Made by a program: the position numbers and the translations under genes. Shown here piece after piece: positions 1 to 9,868 of a DNA stretch of 64,000 nucleotides. The first letter of the stretch is position 1. Each line of letters begins with the position of its first letter. Origin of the DNA: a virus (taxonomy: Duplodnaviria; Caudoviricetes); IMG/VR virus record IMGVR_UViG_3300025389_000011; one strand, 5' to 3'. The notes below the pieces were generated by a model. That model was given only the letters and a program-made list of their open reading frames with translations, ran no database searches and was not told where the DNA came from.

Positions 1-2165
1 ATTTCACCTTCTTCAATTTCATCATCCGCATCAACTGGACCTAATTCTTCTGGTAATTTACAACCAAGAATCTTGCAAACTTCTTCGTAATTGATTTGAT
101 TTTCATCACCAATATATTGAATAGCTTCTGCATCTAAATCATGTACGTTGCGTATTCCAGCACTTTTCATATATTCTATAGCAGATTGTTTTACTTCTTT
201 TACTGGATCCCAACCTTCTGAAACTTCATTTTCAGCCATACCATCTTTATCAGCAATTGCTAAAGCAGTATTTGCCGCATTGTTACCTTTAGTTGCATTC
301 ATTGAATTTGCAGAACCATTGTCTGGTGGATTTTGTGCACCATCTTCTTCCATTTCGTCTTCAGCAACTTTGTAAGTCATTTGGTCTTCTGATTCTACCT
401 CATCAACCATTTCTTTACCTTGTTCTGGACCGCATTCGCATTCGTACATACCGCACTCACCGCAGATTTCAGGACCATGCTCGTGGTCATGACTTTCTTC
501 GTCTTCGTAATCATGTGAATCTACGTTTGAATCTTGTCCGCTTAGTCTTTTCATTAATGACATCATACCATCATGGTCATCAATTACTTTAATACCGCCA
601 ACTTCATGTGAACCGTTTGGTGTATCTACCATTGCCTTTTCTTCACCACCAAATACACCTAGACCAGCTTGTTTGATAATGTCTAATAACATATCTGCTT
701 CACCGTCTTGTGCATTTACGCTTACTGAATCAGGAGCACCTTGTTGACCTTTACTGATACTTACGGTTAAACCTTCACTTAATAGTGAGTTTAATTGTTT
801 ATCTAGTGATTCAAAAGCCAATGAATTTTCTAACACTTCGTCATCATGGAAAGTTTGTCCAAATGCTTTGAATGTATCTCCAGGAGTCTCTTTTGCTTTT
901 TTCTGCATGTAAGCAGTTTTATCCATCTCATCTATTTCAGGAGTACGTGAACCAAAACTTGCCATGTTTTCAACTTCTGGACCTTGACCCATTTCACCAA
1001 CCGCGGTGCGACCTAAGATAGGCATTTGGCCATAACATTCATCTAAACCTTCTTTGTAACCTTCGTGATAGCAACTGCACTCATCTAAATCTTCGTATGG
1101 GCAGTTATAGCTTTGTTTACTCAATGCATGTGCTTTACCATGATGATGTGCAGCCTTTAATCTGTGATCCATACTTTCTTTAATCATTTTCTTTTTGCAA
1201 TCAGCTACCATTTTCTTTAATTCTGTGTGGTCACAATCAGGGTGCATTTTGCAAATTTCTGCTACAGTTTTACCATCTTTACACATTTTTTTGATGTGTG
1301 CCATCGATGGCATTTTCTTTTTGTCAGTACTTTCTAAGAATGTATCACTACGTCCACCGTTACTCATTGGGCTTGATTGTGCAAAGTTAGTTGGTGCTTC
1401 ACCTTCTTTAACTTTACCCCAGCCACTCTTAGCACGAATAGCAAATGCTAATTCTTTCATTTTTGTAAATGCAGGTGAACCTTTCTTATGTGGACCACTA
1501 GCTTTTAATTTATTATATTGTGACATTAATTCTGATTTGGTTTTGCCATCAAACATACCCTTTTTCTCAGGATTTAATTTAATACCACCTTCAATTTTTT
1601 CGTCTAATTCAGCTTCTTGCATAGCGCCAACTTGAGTACTGCTTGGTGTTGCACTTGATGAAGCACCTGGCTTTTGCATTGATAATGTACCATCTTTAGC
1701 CGCTTTAACTACTGCTGGATCAGTTGTAGTGATAGCTGATGCTTGTGGATTTGAAGGATCTTTAATTAAGAAATTTTGACCTGATTGTTGTTTAGGAGCG
1801 GGAATAGGTTGAACTGCTAATCCTGCTTCAGCAATCATGTTTTGTTCGTCAACTGTTTCAATCCAATCTTTTAGACTGTGCTTGATTGTTTTCTTTTTGT
1901 CATGCTTAGGTAATTTAACATCTTTACCATGTTGAACGCCAAACGCAGAGAAGTCATATTTTTTAACTTCACCTGTTTCGTCAGCATCTTTCTTAGGACG
2001 ACCACGACCACGTTGGGTATCTTGTTTAACTTTGTTACCTTCTTCGTTTTCATCATCCTTACGACCATAACCACCTGGTTCAGCAGTATGAATCTTACCT
2101 GTTTTAGTAGCAGTAACACCTTCGTTTAACTGGTCTAATGATTGTAATAAATTTTTAAAATCCAT
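1..2165 (-). CDS. Large acidic, modular putative head/internal protein, truncated at the window edge (>721 aa); absent from the ORF track
   Basis: Hand translation from ATG 2165 (SD AAGGAA, MDFKNLLQSLDQLNEG...) stays open to position 3; D/E-rich, RGRGRPKK motif, many [ILVMF]-x-E sites. Confidence 0.8.
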   Translation of the reverse strand, partial: MDFKNLLQSLDQLNEGVTATKTGKIHTAEPGGYGRKDDENEEGNKVKQDTQRGRGRPKKDADETGEVKKYDFSAFGVQHGKDVKLPKHDKKKTIKHSLKDWIETVDEQNMIAEAGLAVQPIPAPKQQSGQNFLIKDPSNPQASAITTTDPAVVKAAKDGTLSMQKPGASSSATPSSTQVGAMQEAELDEKIEGGIKLNPEKKGMFDGKTKSELMSQYNKLKASGPHKKGSPAFTKMKELAFAIRAKSGWGKVKEGEAPTNFAQSSPMSNGGRSDTFLESTDKKKMPSMAHIKKMCKDGKTVAEICKMHPDCDHTELKKMVADCKKKMIKESMDHRLKAAHHHGKAHALSKQSYNCPYEDLDECSCYHEGYKEGLDECYGQMPILGRTAVGEMGQGPEVENMASFGSRTPEIDEMDKTAYMQKKAKETPGDTFKAFGQTFHDDEVLENSLAFESLDKQLNSLLSEGLTVSISKGQQGAPDSVSVNAQDGEADMLLDIIKQAGLGVFGGEEKAMVDTPNGSHEVGGIKVIDDHDGMMSLMKRLSGQDSNVDSHDYEDEESHDHEHGPEICGECGMYECECGPEQGKEMVDEVESEDQMTYKVAEDEMEEDGAQNPPDNGSANSMNATKGNNAANTALAIADKDGMAENEVSEGWDPVKEVKQSAIEYMKSAGIRNVHDLDAEAIQYIGDENQINYEEVCKILGCKLPEELGPVDADDEIEEGE

Positions 2166-2183
2166 TTTGTTTTTCCTTAATAA

Positions 2184-2807
2184 TTAAACCATTGCGCCAG
2201 TTTTTGGCTTGGGTGGTCTTGTAATTTTTGTCATCGGGCTCTTGTCTCCCGCTCTTTTATCGTCTAGATATGGCTTGAACGGATCAAACGCATCTGGAGT
2301 TTCTTTGCCCGCATATGGAGTGTTAATCTTAGAACCTTTACTTTGGTCTTTGATTGAACTTAAATATGAATCACCATATGCTTTACTTGCTTCTTTAGCA
2401 TCTGGTTGTTCTTCTAATTCAGTATGATCTAATAATGGACTATGACTCATTTCATTTTCATATCCCATTTGCTCACTATCAATGCTATCGTCAAAATCAG
2501 TACCAACTACACGCACCATGTTAACATTGTAACCTAATAATTGTGCAATTTGCTGAATCATTGGCTCATTAGCTGGATATCTAAATTCAGCTTTAATGAT
2601 TGTAATAGCTTCGTTTTCTAAATTTGGGAATCCATATGGACTCTTTTGAATAGGAGTACGTACCGGATCGCTAATCTTGACTGGATCAAACTTGTTTAGA
2701 TTGTACTTAAACATATCTATAAAGTTATTGTCAATTTCGCCGGCAATTTTGATAGTGTAATTGTATGTATGAACACTTTCTACTATATATTGTTTTAGGC
2801 TTTTCAT
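2184..2807 (-). CDS. Hypothetical virion-associated protein (207 aa)
   Basis: ORF track; late box ATAAATA and SD AGGA upstream; N-terminus MKSLKQYIVES resembles a T4 capsid-targeting sequence. Confidence 0.7.
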   Translation of the reverse strand: MKSLKQYIVESVHTYNYTIKIAGEIDNNFIDMFKYNLNKFDPVKISDPVRTPIQKSPYGFPNLENEAITIIKAEFRYPANEPMIQQIAQLLGYNVNMVRVVGTDFDDSIDSEQMGYENEMSHSPLLDHTELEEQPDAKEASKAYGDSYLSSIKDQSKGSKINTPYAGKETPDAFDPFKPYLDDKRAGDKSPMTKITRPPKPKTGAMV

Positions 2808-2832
2808 TTTTTATTCCTGTATTAATTATTTA

Positions 2833-3315
2833 TCATTTTTCGTTTGTTTTGCTGGAGAGAATTTTTAGTAGTTCGTTGCGGTCTAATGTTTTACCATCAC
2901 CTAATGGAGTACTTTCAATTTCTTCAGTTTTACTAGCCATTTTTTGATCCAATTGCGCTTTCTTCAATTGCAACTCAATCATTTTTAATTTTTTGTTTAT
3001 TTTTGCTGTTTTAGCTGTGATAGCATGTCCAAGCATAGTTCCTGCACTATTAAAGATTTCACTTGCAAATCTACTATCAACTTGCATTCCTAAATCCATT
3101 AAATCTTTATAACTGCTTGTTGCTAGTCCTGCTAGTTCATCCATTTCCCCATCAGCCATATCTAGACCGCGTACTTGTGGTAATGCGTTTTCAATTTTTT
3201 CTATGTTGTCTAATGCATCAGCGATAACATATTCTGCGTTATCAGGAATAGGTGCGCTAAGAGTTTCAATCTCACTTTGCGGTAATTCAAAAAGTTCTTC
3301 TAGTTTTTTATTCAT
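2833..3315 (-). CDS. Helical protein, possible terminase small subunit (gp16-like)
   Basis: 160 aa helical/coiled-coil with a pattern resembling T4-type small terminases; CDS confident, function weak. Confidence 0.4.
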   Translation of the reverse strand: MNKKLEELFELPQSEIETLSAPIPDNAEYVIADALDNIEKIENALPQVRGLDMADGEMDELAGLATSSYKDLMDLGMQVDSRFASEIFNSAGTMLGHAITAKTAKINKKLKMIELQLKKAQLDQKMASKTEEIESTPLGDGKTLDRNELLKILSSKTNEK

Positions 3316-3327
3316 GAAAGTATTTAT

Positions 3328-3765
3328 TTACTTTCGTGAACCATTTCTAAAAAGGTCATCTTCGGTGATTACTCTGAAGGTATACCCTTGAGTTTTACAG
3401 TAAGCCATTGCGGCTTGCCACTTTGCATGATTAATTGCAACAACAATTTTATCTCTAGCACTTGCCGCACGACTTTCAATTAAACTTTGTTTTTTAGGTT
3501 TTATCTCAACAACTTCAGCAATTGATTTACCGTACTTGTTTTGATATACTACAAAAAAGTCAGGTATATATTTGTGTATTTTTCCATCTAATGGACTACG
3601 ATAGGGTATTGCTAATGCTTCACTGGCCCAATGAGTTACATTATTGTGTGTATCGCAAAATGTCATGAATGTTAATTCCCAACCACTGCGATATTTAGGC
3701 TTATGCTGACCTACGTACTTGTGTGGGTTTTTTGGAGTAAATATACCTTGTGCATAATTTGCCAT
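3328..3765 (-). CDS. gp4: Head completion nuclease (T4 gp4 / TnsA-N-like PD-(D/E)xK)
   Basis: YRSGWE...WASE..IPY...Y.PDF...EIKP motifs. Confidence 0.85.
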   Translation of the reverse strand: MANYAQGIFTPKNPHKYVGQHKPKYRSGWELTFMTFCDTHNNVTHWASEALAIPYRSPLDGKIHKYIPDFFVVYQNKYGKSIAEVVEIKPKKQSLIESRAASARDKIVVAINHAKWQAAMAYCKTQGYTFRVITEDDLFRNGSRK

Positions 3766-3767
3766 GA

Positions 3768-4127
3768 TTAAAGCACTATGTTACGTGCCACCGGTTGATT
3801 TGATTTTGGTATAATAGCTATACCATATAATGATGTTTTACTTTTAAAACTATTCAAATAATATGCAAGTATTTGATTTAATTCCATTTTTGTTTTACCT
3901 TTTATTTGGTCTAACAAATCAAGCACAGATATACCTGTATCTTGTGCTATTCTGAATAAAACAGCAGTAAAATTATTTGCAATAGTTTTTGTAGCACACA
4001 CGCCTGTAAAATAACTATGTACAATATCATATTGATTTGCCGGTACAACCAAATCAAAGGAATAAAAAGAATCAAAGATTCTAATTGTTTGATCTAAATT
4101 ACTTCTAGTGTCTAATATTTGAGCCAT
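3768..4127 (-). CDS. Hypothetical tail/baseplate-region protein
   Basis: 119 aa ORF with late box 4 nt upstream of ATG. Confidence 0.65.
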   Translation of the reverse strand: MAQILDTRSNLDQTIRIFDSFYSFDLVVPANQYDIVHSYFTGVCATKTIANNFTAVLFRIAQDTGISVLDLLDQIKGKTKMELNQILAYYLNSFKSKTSLYGIAIIPKSNQPVARNIVL

Positions 4128-4141
4128 AATGTATTTATGTA

Positions 4142-5380
4142 TTAATTAGGCCCGGTATTAGAAACACCTGCATATGGATTGGCAGTTATTTGTTGTGGGC
4201 TTCCCGGTGCATTAGGAGGCGTACCTGCATTACCATTTGGTGTTGCCCCAAATATCGGAGTAACAACATTTATATTTCTATTTGGTGTTTGTTGCACAGC
4301 ATTAATAATACCAGAGGTAACTTCGCTGGCTGCAAGTTGTGTTAAATTTTGATTTTTAAATGTATTGTATGTTGTGCCTGCGGCTTGTACTGCGCCCAAC
4401 AAATTACCATTGGCTAAATTACTAACCACACCATTAGCACCGTCTACTAAACCACCTTGACCTAATATAGTTGCTTGGCTTCCTGGCTTTGATATAGGGC
4501 TTGGTGTCAAATCATAATTAGTTTCTAAACCAAATCCAGTAACAATATTACTAGGACTAGCACCACTTATAGCACCGTTGTTATATACTACTGTTTCATA
4601 ATCTAATGTCATTTGATTTTCCATAATACCTGTATTTTCAGCGTAACTATAAGTGTCGTGACTGAAATTAGTGATAATTGGATTTATTAATGTGTATGCT
4701 ACAAAATTATGTTGGTTGAAACCAAAGATTGTAATGTTCTTAAAAAACGGTACTTTTTGTGCACCTGTACTACTAGGAACATTGGTATCTCCTATATAAC
4801 CCCAAGTAGCATTTCCTGCTATACTAGGATCATACTGATTTCTACTGTTATACGTTGCCCCTGTGCTTGATGCCGCAGTACCTCCTTGACCAGCAACACC
4901 GCCTTGATTTGGATTTGTTCCTCCACGAGCACCGGCAAATACAACTTGTGCATTGTTACCGTCTGCATAGTAGTAATTATAATACGCTGTCCATAAACTT
5001 CTTATGATACCACCTGCAGTTGGACTGCCTGCCGCTGTTCCGTTATCATCATGAAACGTTATGGTAATTGGATCATATTTAATTTTAGTTTGTACAATTC
5101 TTTTACGATTGTATTGATTTAGTGTAGATGTTTCAAAATTAAATTTAGGTAATTGTGCAGTTTTGACATCTAATCCAAAGTTTGCACCAGTGTTTACGTT
5201 TTGATTATACGCAGTTGTGTTTATGTCAAAATAGACATGAAATAGATATTTAAACTTAGGTGCATATTGATATGCATTAGTTCTAAACGTTTTACTTGCG
5301 TGAGTGTAATCACGTAGGTAATCGCTGCCGAAAAATGTGCCGGCAGCGCCTTGTAGTAAATTTTGAATAAATCCAGACAT
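4142..5380 (-). CDS. Tail tube initiator / tube-like baseplate protein (gp54-like)
   Basis: KTAQLPKFNFETSTLNQYNRKRIVQTKIKYDPITITFHDD tube-fold motif; follows the tail tube gene. Confidence 0.65.
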   Translation of the reverse strand: MSGFIQNLLQGAAGTFFGSDYLRDYTHASKTFRTNAYQYAPKFKYLFHVYFDINTTAYNQNVNTGANFGLDVKTAQLPKFNFETSTLNQYNRKRIVQTKIKYDPITITFHDDNGTAAGSPTAGGIIRSLWTAYYNYYYADGNNAQVVFAGARGGTNPNQGGVAGQGGTAASSTGATYNSRNQYDPSIAGNATWGYIGDTNVPSSTGAQKVPFFKNITIFGFNQHNFVAYTLINPIITNFSHDTYSYAENTGIMENQMTLDYETVVYNNGAISGASPSNIVTGFGLETNYDLTPSPISKPGSQATILGQGGLVDGANGVVSNLANGNLLGAVQAAGTTYNTFKNQNLTQLAASEVTSGIINAVQQTPNRNINVVTPIFGATPNGNAGTPPNAPGSPQQITANPYAGVSNTGPN

Positions 5381-5403
5381 GGATTAATTCCTTTAATTAC
5401 GCA

Positions 5404-6036
5404 TTAAACTGATGCACCAATACCAGTAGCCAATGATCCAAGTGTTCTACCAACTGTTGCACCAACACCAGAACCAATTGGTGACTGAATTGCGTTATCA
5501 AAGCGTAGTGTCAATGAAATTGTAACTACTTCGTTAGTACCGTAATTTAATGTATTGTAGTTTGCTGTTTGTACAAAGCATCCATATAGTTCCCATGTTT
5601 CTAAAACTATTGGAGCACTTGTTCCGTTACCACCATCTAAAACTTCAATATTTGTTTCAAATTTATAGTCTTGACCAGTTGCCGCACTTGCTTGTTCAAC
5701 AAAGTCCATTTGTTTCTGAATTTGTTGACCAATCAATGCAGATACTGAGCCTGATGCATCGTCACGAATATTGATAGTCATTGTTTGCCATTGTGCTTTA
5801 CCAGCCAAATACATTGTTGAGTTGTAAATTGGAAGTGTAATTTCTTGGAACTGAATTTGTGGTCTTGAGCAATCAATAACCTGTTTTGTTAAGTTTACTG
5901 TACTTCCACCTGTACCAAAATTCAAAAAGTTAACTCTGAATCTGAACTGTAATTTTGGCATTAGTAAGCCCTGATTGCCACTGGCGTTATCAGATGCTAC
6001 TGTCATGTTGTACAATGATTGTGAGGCTGTTGCCAT
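5404..6036 (-). CDS. gp19: Tail tube protein
   Basis: FRFRVNF...W.TMTINIRDD...WELYGCF...L.Y....V.TISLTLRFD; downstream of the sheath; strong SD AGGAG. Confidence 0.9.
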   Translation of the reverse strand: MATASQSLYNMTVASDNASGNQGLLMPKLQFRFRVNFLNFGTGGSTVNLTKQVIDCSRPQIQFQEITLPIYNSTMYLAGKAQWQTMTINIRDDASGSVSALIGQQIQKQMDFVEQASAATGQDYKFETNIEVLDGGNGTSAPIVLETWELYGCFVQTANYNTLNYGTNEVVTISLTLRFDNAIQSPIGSGVGATVGRTLGSLATGIGASV

Positions 6037-6072
6037 TTTTGTTTCTCCTGTTAATCTTATTTATCTAAAGTA

Positions 6073-6092
6073 GATAGCCCTTTCGGGCTATC
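6073..6092 (-). terminator. Stem-loop terminator after the tail sheath gene
   Basis: GATAGCCC-GAAA-GGGCTATC followed by TACTTT on the minus strand. Confidence 0.7.
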
Positions 6093-6093
6093 A

Positions 6094-8958
6094 TTAAGCA
6101 CCATTAGATGATGATATTGCTCCGGTATTTAACACTCTAACTGGAATGTAGATGAATTCTGCTGCCTTAACTGGCTCGATTGCAACGTCAATCCATAATT
6201 CATTTCTATCAATTCTAGCTGGAGTATTGTTACTTTCGTCACAAACTACCAAATAATCGTATATACCGCGTTTAGCAACTAAATCAATAAGCAATGTTTG
6301 AACAACACCTGAAATTTGATTGCGTGTTAATGCATCGTTAGGCTCAAATACGAATGGTCTTGCCGCTATTGTTAATTGTCTACGTAAGTAAGCAATTAGT
6401 CGTGCAACATTTGTTCTATCTAACGCACTATTAGATGCATAGCTTGTTTTGTTACCAAAGTTCAATAGACCAACACCAGTAAAGAATACTAATGGATTGA
6501 TGTAATTGATATACAATGTGTCACGAATACCAAGGTTAGTTTTGATCGTAATAAATTGACCAGTTGTTCTATCTAGATAACCAATGTTTGTTGCATTATC
6601 AATAATACCACGACGTGTACCTGCTGCCGCAAACCAAGGATAAGCAATAGTATCATTGCGTAAGAATGTACGAATCATCATGTGACTTGGTGGAACAGCA
6701 ACTAAGTTACCTGTCAAATCAGTTGTTAAACCACTTGGATAGAATAGACCTAAATAAGTGTCACGTGTAACGCAACCTTGCTCGTCTGTTCTTGGAGCAC
6801 CTGCGGCATTTGTAGCCCATGCTTGAATTGCAGTAGCACTAGCCGGAAGTCCCATTGGTGTGTCACCTAAAATGTATCCTGTGTCACCACGGTCTGCATT
6901 TAATACAACCATGTTAGGTTGTAGTTCTTCATAGTAAGGACATGCAATTAAATTAAAATAGTTGTCTTCATCACGAATATCTGTGTTAGTATCAACAACA
7001 CTACTCAATGATTTAACTACCATTTCACGTTGAGCAAATCTACCCATGTAAGGAGCACCATTAGTTTGATTACCACTTGCTGTTACCCATGTATAACTGA
7101 ACTCTGGTAAGTTACCAACTGTTGTAGGAGCACTTGGATTATAAGGATTAGCATTAGGATAATTTGCACTTGTAAAATAATTTGTTCTAAATTGTTTTAC
7201 ATTATATCCTGAACGGCGCGTATTCCATAAAATCATACCATTTGGATATAGTGAAGGATCCGGAGCATCTAAGTCAATATAGTTACTAGTTAGCAAACTT
7301 TGAATTGTTGGGATAGGATCGTTAACTGGATCAATAGCACCAGAACTTCCCCAACGTGCATCTTCAAATATAATACCAGTACTGCTTGTATCTGCTGTAT
7401 TATTAATCAATACCCATGTATTTGAACCATTGACTAATTGATAACGATATATCAACGGATATAATTCTAATGCATCAATGCCAGTATCAATCCAAATATC
7501 ACCGTATTGTAATGATGTACCATCACTTTGTACTGTTGGTTGACTTGCACTCATGATAGGACCATTTGGATCAGTATTGTTACTACCAGTGTGTGCTGGG
7601 AAACCAGATGTGTCATAAGCTAAATTGTTATAACCATTCCATTGACCATTGTAGTTAACCATTAAATCAACTTGGTCATTAACACTATAGAACCAGTTAG
7701 TGTAATCAGCTGGTAATGTAGCTGGAGCACCGTTATTTGATGCATATGTAAATGATACCCAATTACTTAACTGAGTTGCATATATTTGCGGAATTGCATT
7801 TCCAGAAACATATGTTACTGCTTGAATTCCACCGCTGATTACGCTAACAACTTTAAGTACTAAATCATTAGCTGGAGTAGTACCACCTAAACTTGTACCT
7901 GCAATTGTTACCGTGTCGCCTGCGGCATAACCTGTACCTGCAGTTACTATACAGTTATTAGCTATTATGTACTCACCGTATTGAGGTGATACTCTGAAGG
8001 TAGCACCTGTACCACTACCTGTAGTACTAGTTGGTGAAACTGTAAATATTTGAGCATATGAAGGTCCATATTTTACTCCACTAGTTTCATCTGCAACAAT
8101 ACCAATCTGTGCTAATACACCACTATGTTTACCTTCATTTGAACCAGATATTATGGCATCATATAAAAGAATCTCACCACCTGCGGTGTGTGTTAATTGA
8201 ATAGCGCCGTCTGTAGTAACACTTGCTGTTGTATAGGGTGCTCCTGCAGCCGCCCATGAAGTAACAAAATCACTAGGACTCATGCCATTTGAAATAGACA
8301 TATTGTAATAAGTAGACAAACTTGTAGAACCCGGGATACTTACCCTGATACCCATAATAGTTGGACTATCTAGAATACCACTTAATGTCCAATTTGTTGT
8401 TGTACCAGTAATTACTGTAGGTCCAGTAGCTATGCGATTCCATAAATACACTGGCCCTTGATTGTAACCACCATCAAATCCATATTGTGCATAAACTGTA
8501 CCAGCTGGAATAGCTTGACCACCTGTTGCATCTAATAAAGAATCTACAGTCCAATCAGCAGTTGCCGTTAATACTGATAATGCTTTCCAACTTTGTGTCA
8601 CACCATTATATTGAGATACAACTGGATTTAAACCAGTTGTTGATGTGGCCACTTGAATCCATACTGATCCAGTTGGAGCAGGTTGTGCTTGACTTTTAGA
8701 CCATAATGGCATTTGAGCAGATGTACCGTATGCTACTGATGGTTGAAAATAATATGCAGGAGTAACAATAGAACCAAACAATGCTGTTAATAACTCTGTT
8801 GTACCAGTAACTATTTCTAGAAACGGACGTTGTCCTGGTAATTCTGGTTGTGCTGAAAAAATATTTAATTTTCCAGATATTACCGATGCACTAATATAAG
8901 TATAACCTAAATTATTAATTGCTGTAGCTAATCCTGCTACAGTATTGTTCCCATTCAA
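6094..8958 (-). CDS. gp18: Tail sheath protein, central and C-terminal part (TTG start, no well-spaced SD)
   Basis: PWFAAAG.RRG, YIN.INP, GNKT, LDR.NVARL, FVFEPND, EPVKAAEFIYIP sheath motifs. Confidence 0.9.
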   Translation of the reverse strand: MNGNNTVAGLATAINNLGYTYISASVISGKLNIFSAQPELPGQRPFLEIVTGTTELLTALFGSIVTPAYYFQPSVAYGTSAQMPLWSKSQAQPAPTGSVWIQVATSTTGLNPVVSQYNGVTQSWKALSVLTATADWTVDSLLDATGGQAIPAGTVYAQYGFDGGYNQGPVYLWNRIATGPTVITGTTTNWTLSGILDSPTIMGIRVSIPGSTSLSTYYNMSISNGMSPSDFVTSWAAAGAPYTTASVTTDGAIQLTHTAGGEILLYDAIISGSNEGKHSGVLAQIGIVADETSGVKYGPSYAQIFTVSPTSTTGSGTGATFRVSPQYGEYIIANNCIVTAGTGYAAGDTVTIAGTSLGGTTPANDLVLKVVSVISGGIQAVTYVSGNAIPQIYATQLSNWVSFTYASNNGAPATLPADYTNWFYSVNDQVDLMVNYNGQWNGYNNLAYDTSGFPAHTGSNNTDPNGPIMSASQPTVQSDGTSLQYGDIWIDTGIDALELYPLIYRYQLVNGSNTWVLINNTADTSSTGIIFEDARWGSSGAIDPVNDPIPTIQSLLTSNYIDLDAPDPSLYPNGMILWNTRRSGYNVKQFRTNYFTSANYPNANPYNPSAPTTVGNLPEFSYTWVTASGNQTNGAPYMGRFAQREMVVKSLSSVVDTNTDIRDEDNYFNLIACPYYEELQPNMVVLNADRGDTGYILGDTPMGLPASATAIQAWATNAAGAPRTDEQGCVTRDTYLGLFYPSGLTTDLTGNLVAVPPSHMMIRTFLRNDTIAYPWFAAAGTRRGIIDNATNIGYLDRTTGQFITIKTNLGIRDTLYINYINPLVFFTGVGLLNFGNKTSYASNSALDRTNVARLIAYLRRQLTIAARPFVFEPNDALTRNQISGVVQTLLIDLVAKRGIYDYLVVCDESNNTPARIDRNELWIDVAIEPVKAAEFIYIPVRVLNTGAISSSNGA

Positions 8959-8962
8959 TGAC

Positions 8963-9748
8963 TTAATCTGGACTTCCTGGAACGGCTACTGTAAAGTTAA
9001 AAAAGCCATTCATGTTAAATTCAATAGTGTCACCTGCAACTAATGTTGGGTTGGAATTTGTACTTTGAATAGTTGGCCAATCATTAGCCCAGTCACTAGA
9101 TCCTACAACTGCCCATGTATTATTAGAAGTTTTGTAAAAATATTGACCATATTGGTTAGGTGCACTTGATGGAATTTCAATTGCATTTACTGCATAGTCA
9201 CCTATGTTACCAATACTTTGTAACGGAACTTCTCCGCTTAATTGATCTGCTTGATATATTACAATAGGATTCATTAAAGAGAATGTTCCCGTTGTAGCAT
9301 CAAATTCATTAATACCCCATGTACTATTGATAGTATCTAACCAATATGTGCCGGCTGCCGGAGCGCCAATTGGACGACTTGTTGAACCTACTAAACTTGC
9401 TAAATCAATATCAGCACGAATAACATAACAACGATTGGAAACACCTAATGCGCTGTAAGCCGCTAATAGACCATATTCATTTAATTCATATCCTTGAATC
9501 GGTGTACCATTAGTTGTTGTGTAGAAAAATGGAGTACCATAATTTTGCACTAAGTCTTGTTGACTTGTAGCCAAATATAATTGACCCGCATTTGCTAATG
9601 TAGTACCAGGAGCTACGCCTGTACCTGATGGATTAGATTTGTTTTGTGCTGTTGCAATAATTACTAGTGGAACAGAGCCGGTTGAGGCTGGTAAATATTG
9701 ACTCTGGTCAATGATATCTACTTCTACGCCTGGTGATGATAATGCCAT
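8963..9748 (-). CDS. gp18: Tail sheath protein, N-terminal part (261 aa), separated from the rest by a stop and frame change
   Basis: MALSSPGVEVDIIDQSQY, FG.P, ELNEYGLLAAYSAL..SNRCYVIRAD are sheath N-terminal motifs. Confidence 0.85.
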   Translation of the reverse strand: MALSSPGVEVDIIDQSQYLPASTGSVPLVIIATAQNKSNPSGTGVAPGTTLANAGQLYLATSQQDLVQNYGTPFFYTTTNGTPIQGYELNEYGLLAAYSALGVSNRCYVIRADIDLASLVGSTSRPIGAPAAGTYWLDTINSTWGINEFDATTGTFSLMNPIVIYQADQLSGEVPLQSIGNIGDYAVNAIEIPSSAPNQYGQYFYKTSNNTWAVVGSSDWANDWPTIQSTNSNPTLVAGDTIEFNMNGFFNFTVAVPGSPD

Positions 9749-9868
9749 TTTATTTTTCCTTTTATGTAAGATTATGAGGTTTACAACCTGAATGCATACT
9801 ATTATTTATTAAAAAAAATAAAAAACACGGTATTACCGTACCTTCGAAGGTCAAGTTATAAATAACTG

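Noticed and set aside
8945-8985. Group I/II intron or gene-60-type matched-codon bypass in the sheath gene
   Set aside because: At most ~19 nt is extra, far too short for a self-splicing intron, and no GAY landing codon lies in the resume frame nearby; kept only as an unexplained interruption
9825-9850. Short palindromes ACGG-TATTA-CCGT and CCTTCGAAGG between divergent late promoters
   Set aside because: Too short to distinguish from chance, and not seen repeated elsewhere
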